DNA from: Takakia lepidozioides
Taxonomy: Eukaryota; Plantae; Bryophyta
Assembly (NCBI GenBank): GCA_030704615.1
Contig: CM060731.1
Span: 13,640,001 to 13,704,000, forward strand
Reading direction: 5' to 3'
Length of the DNA stretch: 64,000 nt
Below, piece after piece: positions 25,349 to 33,952 of the stretch. The notes beneath the pieces were generated by a model. The model was given only the letters and a program-made list of their open reading frames with translations. It had not been told where the DNA came from and did not search any database. A program made the translations under genes and the position numbers. Positions within the stretch are counted from its first letter, which is position 1; each line of letters begins with the position of its first letter.

Positions 25349-27208
25349 CTATCCAATGCAATGTGGACATAACCAATCCCCATCCGGAACCATCTCAAGA
25401 GGTGGAGTCAAGCACCCCATATGCCAACCTCTAGAGCATCGATCACACACCAGCATGGTGGCCGCCCCTTTAGCAGACCCACACAACATGCACCTCAAAC
25501 CTGCAGATACCACTGCCAGGTTTGGGTCAATCCTGCCATCGACATTCGGAAGGTGACATGGCGCACAATTACGCACATGGTCCTTCCAAGTTATGCCATC
25601 CCGACCCTCCAAGACCAAGACGCCTGAGGGCAAGACCTCTCGAACCCTCAAAATAACACGTCCTGCAGTCACATCCAGGGTCGTAGGAGCAGTCTGCTGC
25701 AGATAGACATAGTCACCAGGGTTGAATCTCCGAACCCCAGGACGATAGCCCCCACCACGTATGGTAGCATACCTCAACGTATCACGGTGTTGTGCAATGG
25801 CAAGGTTCTCGAAAGCCATGGGCATGACTCTCTTGAACAACTCTGCACGCTGCTCACATGCACGTGCCCACACATCCGGATCGTCAAGGTTAAGAACTGT
25901 AGCAGCTTCTCTGCGAATGGATGTAGGCAAATCCGGCTCTCGGCCAAAGAGAAGAAAGTATGGTGAGAAGGAGGCAAGTGATGCTTGCTTGCTGAACCTG
26001 TAGCCCATGGCTAACCAGGGTAACTGAAGGTCCCAATCTCCTAGGTGTCCCTTCTGCAAGCCATACTTGCGCAAACCCCTCTTTACTGTCTGAACAACTC
26101 TCTCTGCCAAGCCATCGGCCTCAGGATGATCCCGAGAAGTGGTGCGGTGGTCTATCAAGGCCTTGTCACACAAAGCCTGAAACTCCCCCAAGAACTCTCT
26201 CCCTTGGTCCGTGAGTACCTCAGCTGGAGCACCGAATCGGCTAAGCACACAATCCAGGAATGCATACGCAGCTCCCTCACTAGCCTTATCAGGCAATGGA
26301 ACCAATTCAATCCACTTGGAGAAGTGCTCCACCATCACCAACACGTACTTGTTGTGGCGCATGGTCAGTGGCAACGGCCCTGCGAAGTCAAGACTCCACC
26401 TGTAGCCCAATCCCATGATCGGAAGAGGGTGCAATTGTGGAGTAGGGGCGTTGAATGAAGCACGCACCCTGTCACACACCATGCACCTAGCCACAAATTG
26501 TTGCACCTCTGTGTGCATACCACGCCACCAATACTGCCCCTGCAGTAGACTATGAGTGCGTCGCACCCCAAAATGCCCCAACTCCTCATGGGCATGCCGC
26601 ACTAACCGTGCCCGCTGTGTTGGGTGAGGCACAATCCTCACTCGACCATCCTCCCACACTCGGAGCAGGTGTGTCCCCTCCCACCTGAACCTCTTGGCTC
26701 GTTGTAGGATCCGATCCCTCTCCTTGGCAGTCATAGTGGCTGCCGTGTCTCCACTGCGGAGGTAGTCCAACACAACTGAATCCTCATGTATATCTTTGGC
26801 GCCACCCTGCTCATTGCTGGCCTCAGGGTCCTCAGACACTTGATCTACAGTCATCCCTGTTGTAGGTCCAACCTGGCCTTCCGCTGCCAAGATACACAGA
26901 AATGCAGATGCATGCCATCCGGGCACCATCTCCTCGTCCGTCTCACCATGCCACCGAGCTCCAGTGTCATCCTGCTGGCTCGTGCATGGATTGCGACTCA
27001 ACCCATCTGCATTTCGATTGACCAAACCCGGTCGATGCACCACCTGAAAGTCATACTCTTGAAGGATGAGTGCCCACCGTGCAAGCTTCCCCGTAAGCTT
27101 GTCTGACTCCATCAACCACTTGAGTGGTTGGTGATCCGTGACAAGGGTGAAGAGATTGCCGTATAATAGCACCTGAAGTGTGCCACGGCCCACACTGCAG
27201 CTAAGCAT
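25349..27208 (-). CDS. pol: RNase H C-terminus, integrase (HHCC, DDE) and C-terminal PHD finger
   Basis: VTDHQPL; HEELGH...CMVC; SLDFAG, LTDQG, GLAER; C4HC3 motif CMLC..VCDRC..WH..C..WLCPHC. Confidence 0.95.
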   Translation of the reverse strand: MLSCSVGRGTLQVLLYGNLFTLVTDHQPLKWLMESDKLTGKLARWALILQEYDFQVVHRPGLVNRNADGLSRNPCTSQQDDTGARWHGETDEEMVPGWHASAFLCILAAEGQVGPTTGMTVDQVSEDPEASNEQGGAKDIHEDSVVLDYLRSGDTAATMTAKERDRILQRAKRFRWEGTHLLRVWEDGRVRIVPHPTQRARLVRHAHEELGHFGVRRTHSLLQGQYWWRGMHTEVQQFVARCMVCDRVRASFNAPTPQLHPLPIMGLGYRWSLDFAGPLPLTMRHNKYVLVMVEHFSKWIELVPLPDKASEGAAYAFLDCVLSRFGAPAEVLTDQGREFLGEFQALCDKALIDHRTTSRDHPEADGLAERVVQTVKRGLRKYGLQKGHLGDWDLQLPWLAMGYRFSKQASLASFSPYFLLFGREPDLPTSIRREAATVLNLDDPDVWARACEQRAELFKRVMPMAFENLAIAQHRDTLRYATIRGGGYRPGVRRFNPGDYVYLQQTAPTTLDVTAGRVILRVREVLPSGVLVLEGRDGITWKDHVRNCAPCHLPNVDGRIDPNLAVVSAGLRCMLCGSAKGAATMLVCDRCSRGWHMGCLTPPLEMVPDGDWLCPHCIG

Positions 27209-28482
27209 TCTCCCTCATATGAGCTATACTTAGACTCTGCAGCATTGTTCGAGCGGCTAGCATAAGCCACTACGAACTCTCTTCCCTCATCATCCACCTG
27301 TGTGAGCACCGCTCCAAGCCCCAGCATGCTCCAATCTGTATGCAGCTGAAAAGGACGCCCCCTGATAGGTCGTCTCAAGATGGGCGCCGAGGTCAACCTC
27401 GCCTTGAGCTCTTGAAAAGCTTGTTCTTGCTCATCTTCCCACTGCCACTCCTGGTCCACCTTGGTCAGCTTGGTTAGAGCCTTTGCAATGGCACTAAATC
27501 CCTTAACAAACCGTCTGTAATAGTTTGCTAACCCCATGAAAGCTCGAACTCGGCTCACATCCGTGGGGCGTGGAACCTGTGCAATGGACTCTACCTTAGT
27601 CTGCTGTACCCCCAATCCTCCAGGATATATCATGTGACCCAGATACTCAATCTGGTTGTGGAAAAACTTGCACTTGCCCGGATGTAACTTCAATCCGTGC
27701 GTCCTCAAGCGCTCAAATACCCCCTGAAGGTGTCTCTCATGCTCCTCCACCGTAGCACTAAAGATGATGATGTCATCTATGTAGCACCGAGCAAACTCCA
27801 CCCCTGCTAGAATCCTGTCCATGACTCTTTGAAACTCAGCGGGAGCGTTTTTAAGCCCAAATGGTAAGAACCGCCACTGGTATAGGCAATCCTTCCCGTG
27901 CTCATTGATCCCCCAGAATGCCGTCTTTTGCTTATCCGCCTCCTTGATCGGCAACTGGTGATATCCGGATCGTAAATCCAACGTGCTAAAGACCTTGGAA
28001 TGCCCAATGGCATCAAAGATCTCCTCTGGTGTTGGCATGGCATACCTATCGGACTTGGTCTGACGATTTACAGGCCGGTAATCACCGCACATACGTCTCT
28101 CCGTCCAATTGCCATAGACATCCTTCTTAGCTGGCATCACTGTGGCTGAAGCATACTCTCCACCAGAGAGCTCCACCAAACCTGCCTCCCAGAGATCTTG
28201 AGTCCTCATCTGAATCAAAGACCTCTCCATGTCACTGTATCTATAGGGTCTCCGAAAGATTGGCGTGTCAGTGGCCAACTCAATACGGATCTCTTGACCC
28301 TTCAGTGCTCCCAAGTCCTTCAAACTGAAGGCAAAGCAATTCCTATAAGCCCTCAGGAACCGCCGTATACGTCGTCTCTCTCCTCCGGTGACAATGGGTC
28401 CAATGTCAGGCTCCCAATTGTCCTCCGTAACTGCAACCTTAAGTCCAGTGGGCTTAGAGGTAGAGGACGCGTCCCGTGGTTG
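27112..28482 (-). CDS. pol: reverse transcriptase and RNase H
   Basis: DYRPVN, LDLRSGYHQ, LPFGLKNAP, YIDD, LHTDWS. Same frame as the DNMT ORF, separated only by one TAG at 28483-28485. Confidence 0.97.
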   Translation of the reverse strand, partial: QPRDASSTSKPTGLKVAVTEDNWEPDIGPIVTGGERRRIRRFLRAYRNCFAFSLKDLGALKGQEIRIELATDTPIFRRPYRYSDMERSLIQMRTQDLWEAGLVELSGGEYASATVMPAKKDVYGNWTERRMCGDYRPVNRQTKSDRYAMPTPEEIFDAIGHSKVFSTLDLRSGYHQLPIKEADKQKTAFWGINEHGKDCLYQWRFLPFGLKNAPAEFQRVMDRILAGVEFARCYIDDIIIFSATVEEHERHLQGVFERLRTHGLKLHPGKCKFFHNQIEYLGHMIYPGGLGVQQTKVESIAQVPRPTDVSRVRAFMGLANYYRRFVKGFSAIAKALTKLTKVDQEWQWEDEQEQAFQELKARLTSAPILRRPIRGRPFQLHTDWSMLGLGAVLTQVDDEGREFVVAYASRSNNAAESKYSSYEGECLAAVWAVAHFRCYYTAISSPLSRITNHSSG

Positions 28483-30030
28483 CTATGCTGCAACCTCTTG
28501 AGCAGTACCCCCTTCCTGCTCAGTCAATGACAAGGCCTCATCCTGCCCCATCATCTCATCATTGAGAACCTCCTCATCCCGAGAAGAATCCCCAACCTCA
28601 TCCATCACAGCTGCCTTCGCTGCCAACTCCCTCTGAACCTCGAGCACCTCCCACATGTGCCATGGATGTCTACACCTCGTGGTCCTCACCGGCTCGCCCC
28701 CACTCGCTGCCTGTACCGTCTCGGTAGGCAGAGAGACCGTCAAGGGAAGTGCACTCCGCACTCTACGTTGCTCAGCCATAGCCAAGCTGACAATCCAGGT
28801 CAAGCAATTGAGATCCATTGCTTGCCCCAACACCTGACGACGTGATGCCTCAGAAAGAGAAGGCACCGCCGTGGTCCCAGTGGAAAACCCCATAGCCCGC
28901 TCTCGCTCGTCGGCATTAGGCTCCACTAACTGCTGCAACTGAGCATCCCACAGGAGGCCAGGTCCACCATCCCGAAAAGCATGGGATCCTGGGAAGCTGA
29001 GCAGTGTAGGTAATGCTGCTCGTGGTTGACCCACCCTGTTGACCACTGCCAAAGGCGAACGGTCATCGTGTCTCACACGTTGAGACTGCCTTCCTGTGTC
29101 CAAAATGCCATCCACGGTGAGGTGTGCTGGCCGCTGCACCCCATCAAATGCACGCTTGAGCAGTGCGGGTGGCATCAAGTTAGTCCACCATAGTCGTGGA
29201 CGATGAGCCCGTGACCCCACTGCAGCTGCATCCAGCAACACTGCTGACCCAAGCCACGACCGGACTTGATGCACACTGGCCATCACCCTGGCCCGAGAAT
29301 CACCCATCAGTGGTACATTCTCCAAGATGTATGCTGGAGATACAGCTTGATGAAGCTGCAAGCAGCGCAAAATCCGCACCATCTCCCAAAACAGACCCGT
29401 CCTCGAGTCTCGCAATCCATTGCCATGCCCGGCTGATGAATGCCCTTGGCAGGGCCAACCTGCCACTATCAGATCAATGGAGCCAACCTGCTCCAAATCT
29501 TGCGCCCCCAACAAGGAAATGTCTGCTGGCAAGGCTTGTTGGTATCCACGAACTGCAGACACAGGCAACAAGTCAGGGTACTGCTGTACCAACTGAGCCA
29601 CATGGCGCAGTGAGACGCGTCGTGCAGTCTCATCCCTCTCCACATACAGGTAACGCCTTACCCGCACACCTGCCTGTAGCACAGCAGCCAATCCGGTGCT
29701 GATCCCGCCAAACAAGTCCAGAAGGCAAATGCCTTCATCCGGCCGCTGCCACACAAGAGGTGTGGTGTCCAATGGCGACAACTGAGGTGGCCCTGGTGCA
29801 ATCACCGCACTCTCCTCCTCTCCTGACGGTACAAAAGCTTCTTCCCAAGCTTGTTGCACCCGTCCATCAGCAGCTTGCTGCAAATCCTTGCTCGTACCCC
29901 ACAACGGGGTGTGAGCAACCATGGCAGGCAACTCCGCCGTACCATGCATGTCATCCTGCTCTGCTGGAGGTGGCACATCCTCTGCATGGGCATTGCCTTC
30001 CAGCAACTCTCCAGGCCAACTAACGCAGCT
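28483..30030 (-). CDS. pol-embedded C5 DNA cytosine methyltransferase, DNMT3-like
   Basis: Motif I LLDLFGGISTG; IV DLIVAGWPCQ; VI YILENV; VIII LDAAAVGSRAHRPRLWWTNL; IX-X ERERAMGF...SEASRRQVLGQAM. Canonical, non-permuted motif order. Confidence 0.93.
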   Translation of the reverse strand, partial: SCVSWPGELLEGNAHAEDVPPPAEQDDMHGTAELPAMVAHTPLWGTSKDLQQAADGRVQQAWEEAFVPSGEEESAVIAPGPPQLSPLDTTPLVWQRPDEGICLLDLFGGISTGLAAVLQAGVRVRRYLYVERDETARRVSLRHVAQLVQQYPDLLPVSAVRGYQQALPADISLLGAQDLEQVGSIDLIVAGWPCQGHSSAGHGNGLRDSRTGLFWEMVRILRCLQLHQAVSPAYILENVPLMGDSRARVMASVHQVRSWLGSAVLLDAAAVGSRAHRPRLWWTNLMPPALLKRAFDGVQRPAHLTVDGILDTGRQSQRVRHDDRSPLAVVNRVGQPRAALPTLLSFPGSHAFRDGGPGLLWDAQLQQLVEPNADERERAMGFSTGTTAVPSLSEASRRQVLGQAMDLNCLTWIVSLAMAEQRRVRSALPLTVSLPTETVQAASGGEPVRTTRCRHPWHMWEVLEVQRELAAKAAVMDEVGDSSRDEEVLNDEMMGQDEALSLTEQEGGTAQEVAA

Positions 30031-30788
30031 GTGAAGGCGGCTAGTGTTGGCATCTTGCCCCGCTGGGCAGCTGCAATACCCCCAATGAATGTCACAGGGA
30101 GCTGTGCACGGCGACCATCCCCTGACTGCCATCCAGGCCTGTAGGATGCTGACTCCTCCCAGAAATCCAGGGTGAAGCCCATGGGGTATAACACTGCCCC
30201 ACCAACGAGGACATCGTAAGAGACCGCGTCTGTCACAATGGCCTTGGCTCGCATCACTGAGCCATCTACAGGATGATCCGGCTGCAGTCTAATAGCCAAC
30301 TGATGCCGTGTCATGCCGCGAGCCTGCTCTGATCCTCCCAGAGATGTCTGTATCTGGAAAGGACAAGGCTCCATATCCGCCTCCATGAGGCCCAAACCTG
30401 CAATAGCAGCTCTGCCCAACATCAGTGGCTGAGCTCCTGAGTCCAACAAGACCCGCAGTGGCCGGTACTTCTTGCCTGCCGGTCCACTCAAAGTGAAAAT
30501 GCCTCCCTGGTTGTCTAACAAGACAACTCCAGGTGTCACCATGGCGCGCTCAATGGCTGGCCTAGCTGGCAGCTCCGTCAACCTGGCAGCTGCAACTTGC
30601 CATGGCGCAGCCGTGGCAGTCTTGACCCTCAAATCCGAGGATCCCTCTGCCACTACACCTTCCACTAACTCCGCAGAAGATGAAGTGACCTCCCCACTCT
30701 CACAGAGTGTTGCTGCTAGTCTGAACACTGCAGCTGGTCTCACCCCCGGCGTCGCAATCATGTTGCCGAGAACAGTGGGGCCTGACAC
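30030..30788 (-). CDS. pol: aspartic protease
   Basis: VLLDSGAQ and YDVLVGG in ORF 29802..30788. Frameshifted relative to both gag and DNMT. Confidence 0.88.
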
Positions 30789-32683
30789 ACAGAGGTGGCT
30801 GCCCCCAATAACACACCGGCCGCACTAGCCTTGGCAGCAGGAGTCAATGCTGCACGTGTAGCTCTCCCCAATGGCATAGTAACCTCCGCCTCGGTAACAG
30901 TCGGGCGAGAACTAGGTGCCATGGATGGCGTCGACACAGTCTCCGCCAATGTGAATGACTGAGGAAGCCTTGCCTGACGGCTTGCCTCCCCACGCTGTGG
31001 ATCCAATTCCACCTCTGCACCTCGTGGCTCAGGAACTCGTGCTGCTCCTCGAGTCACGGCTGCAGCAGACTCCACCTGCTCTAGTGGTAGTGCTGCTCCG
31101 CACATAAATCCCATGCCTCCCATATCTCCTCCCTCAGGAGCAGGAGGTGGACCATCCCGCCTGGGAGCCGGTACCGCCTGAGCTATAGCCATGGCAGCGA
31201 GCCTCTGCTCTAGCTGCTGAAGCCGGTTGGCCATGCCTTGATCAACGCCCTGACCTCCGCGTCCTTGGCCATGTTGAGCTTGCCCTTGGCCTGCACCTCG
31301 TGCCCGACCACCTCGTCCTCTCTGGGCTGGTCCACCTCGCCCCCGGCCACCATTGTTCCCTTGGAACTGGCCTGGGCGCAACTCAGGATGCAAGTCATAA
31401 CACTGGGCATCTCCATGCCCATACTTGCCACAATGCCCACACTGCAACTGTGCAGGCTGTGCTTGTGCCGGCCTTCTGCCACTCTCTGGGCAATCTCTCT
31501 TGACATGGGGTCCTCCACATGTCCAACATATCACCCCTGGTTGCTGTTGGCCTGCAAAAGATGCCACGGGCCTCTGCACCTGAGGCCCCCTGTAAGCTCC
31601 ATGGAACTTGGGCTGGGCAACCTTGCCCCCCTGACCACGCTGTTGGGCAGTCCCTTGTGCTTGTGGGCTGACAGCTGTGCCCCGTACAGGCATGTCCTTG
31701 CCAAATCCAATTGTAACAACTCGCTCCTCCACCATGTTGAGCTCAATCCGCTCAGCCAGCAGAAACACATCTGCTAATGTGGGTTGGGCTGCTTGTAACA
31801 GGGTTGCATCTCGCACCCTTCTCTTGAGCTCCTTGTCCAGAATTCCATACCAAAACTGGATTGCCTGAGCTTCAGTAACCCCTTGGGTCACACTTATCAA
31901 GCGCCTCATACGAGTGTACGCCTCTCGCAGGCTCTCACTGGGTTTGCGCTGGAAGTCTTGCAAACTTCGCAGCTTCTCTGTCCGTACACCTTGGTAGTTC
32001 CTCCGCAACTCCTGGAAGAACTCCACCACCGGGTTGAATCTAGGCACATGTGTTGTAGTCGTGGCAGGAGAAGTAGTAGCACCTTTTGAACTGGTACCAC
32101 CTACAGAAGTACCAGCACTACTTGCTCCACTACTAGTGCTGGCAGTGGGAGCTATTGGTACTGATGCAGCTACTGGTCGCGTCGTGCCTCGAGTAATGGA
32201 GACGTAGTCAGGTGACCAATACATCCTCCACTCCTCAATCTCTGCTTCATGTCCTCGCCTGAACTCGTGGTAATCGTCCATAGGCGGGCCTTCCAAATGC
32301 TGGAACAGTCCCTTCCACGCCATGAATGGGGTGAATAGCTGTGGATTGCGCATCTGCTGCAAATCACACCAGCTGTCGAACTCCTGGATAAAGTCATCCA
32401 ACTCGATTGTGCCCACAGCTCCAGAGTACCTACGAGGCCCCTTGGTAGCTCCATACATCTCCTCCATGTCGTCCCACAACAATGGCGAATGAAAGTGCAC
32501 ACCTGTTGATGAAGCCTCCGAGTCTGTGTCTGACGCTACAGTAGTTGAGGGTGGCGGTGAAGGTGGTCTGAACCGAATACCTCGTCTTGTGAACCCACTC
32601 TCACTGTCACTGCTTGTAGCCGTACTCCCCTCAAAACCCTTGGGTAACTCCGTAATGACACTCACAATGTGCACCTCCTCCAC
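30758..32683 (-). CDS. gag (capsid plus two zinc knuckles)
   Basis: QRKPSESLREAY capsid-like motif; CWTCGGPHVKRDC and CGHCGKYGHGDAQC. Confidence 0.92.
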   Translation of the reverse strand: MEEVHIVSVITELPKGFEGSTATSSDSESGFTRRGIRFRPPSPPPSTTVASDTDSEASSTGVHFHSPLLWDDMEEMYGATKGPRRYSGAVGTIELDDFIQEFDSWCDLQQMRNPQLFTPFMAWKGLFQHLEGPPMDDYHEFRRGHEAEIEEWRMYWSPDYVSITRGTTRPVAASVPIAPTASTSSGASSAGTSVGGTSSKGATTSPATTTTHVPRFNPVVEFFQELRRNYQGVRTEKLRSLQDFQRKPSESLREAYTRMRRLISVTQGVTEAQAIQFWYGILDKELKRRVRDATLLQAAQPTLADVFLLAERIELNMVEERVVTIGFGKDMPVRGTAVSPQAQGTAQQRGQGGKVAQPKFHGAYRGPQVQRPVASFAGQQQPGVICWTCGGPHVKRDCPESGRRPAQAQPAQLQCGHCGKYGHGDAQCYDLHPELRPGQFQGNNGGRGRGGPAQRGRGGRARGAGQGQAQHGQGRGGQGVDQGMANRLQQLEQRLAAMAIAQAVPAPRRDGPPPAPEGGDMGGMGFMCGAALPLEQVESAAAVTRGAARVPEPRGAEVELDPQRGEASRQARLPQSFTLAETVSTPSMAPSSRPTVTEAEVTMPLGRATRAALTPAAKASAAGVLLGAATSVCQAPLFSAT

Positions 32684-33202
32684 GTGACACTATAAGGCTC
32701 TAGTACTAATCTAATAGTGACACGGGTGGGCACCTGTTGCAGTCTAAGGGTCATATCCCAATGGCTCAGGGCACCTGCACCTGCATCCACCGCAAGAACT
32801 CCTATGGTTGGCTGGTCATCAACCCAGCCTCACCATAGAAGAAACACTGGTGGTCTTGCTGGTCATCACTCCAGCCTCACCACCGACAGCATACTCTAGG
32901 ATTGACCGGTGATCAAATCCGGCCTAATCCCTATGAAAGCAAGCGCCCACACAAAACCAACATGGCGCACAGTCAAGCATGCAGGTGTTGGGGGGGATCC
33001 AAACACAAGAAATCAAAACATCAACACCCCCACACCAAAATCCAGCAGCCACGCTGATCCTGCAGAATATCCCAGCCCAAAACCCCGGACTGACTGGCCT
33101 CCACCAAGAGAGGCTTTGGCAACTACAAGTATAAGGTAATGAAAATAGTACAAAGATGGAGGGGAAGAATAGAAGCCCGCCCAAGCAAGATCTAACCCTG
33201 AT

Positions 33203-33952
33203 CTATGCTATCAACTTCCAGACTTCTCTCAAAGTACCTCGCTCTGCTTGATGGTAAGGTGTAGGAGGTATATCTATGTCCAGAAACCTGCCACTAACCT
33301 TGTCCCAAGCTACAGTAGCTCGCTCTAACCAACCCTCCTCCTCTTTCTGCCAGGTAGAGACAAAGCAACACTCTGCTATCTCCCGCTCACTGAACACTAA
33401 AGAAAACAAAGGTAGGGTCTGATAGTCTCTCAACTCGAAAGCTTTGAGACGGTTGCGGGTGTCTTCATTGCGAATGACTGCATCGCCTTCAAACAGAACA
33501 AACTTGTCCTCGCTAATGAACCCCCGCTCGTGGTTGCCTTGTGCAGAGCGTGTCTGTCTGCAACACTGTCTAATTGCACAAACTTGTGCAGCTCCTGCTC
33601 CTCTGCTCCAGTACACCACGGCCTTGTGGCTGAACACCTTGGTCCCTGGAGCTGTCTTTGGCTGTGTTCCAAGCCTAGCTTTCACCCACTTTGGTATTTC
33701 ACCTACAGCTGCAGAACTGCTGGCTCCAACAGAGTTCTGACTGTCCAAGGCGATATTGAGGCCCTCAATGCCAACTACAGCAGTCTGTTGTCTACTGCTA
33801 ATGCCTGACTCCCAGTATGCAATCAACTCGTCCAACTGTTCTCCACTCAAATCAGTCTGAGTTCCTTGGGAAACATAGATCCTGTCCCCTTGTGTGCACA
33901 GGCTAAGAGAAGAGACCTGCCCTTCAATTACGTCCTCATTTCCCCCAGCCAT
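33203..33952 (-). CDS. Unknown 249-aa accessory ORF upstream of gag
   Basis: Intact ATG-to-stop ORF, same strand as gag-pol, inside the element. No recognised domain. Confidence 0.5.
   Translation of the reverse strand: MAGGNEDVIEGQVSSLSLCTQGDRIYVSQGTQTDLSGEQLDELIAYWESGISSRQQTAVVGIEGLNIALDSQNSVGASSSAAVGEIPKWVKARLGTQPKTAPGTKVFSHKAVVYWSRGAGAAQVCAIRQCCRQTRSAQGNHERGFISEDKFVLFEGDAVIRNEDTRNRLKAFELRDYQTLPLFSLVFSEREIAECCFVSTWQKEEEGWLERATVAWDKVSGRFLDIDIPPTPYHQAERGTLREVWKLIA

Noticed and set aside
28483-30132. DNMT as a bacterial restriction-modification gene or contamination
   Set aside because: It is in frame with RT inside a TSD-bounded retroelement, has DNMT3-like motifs and no partner endonuclease.
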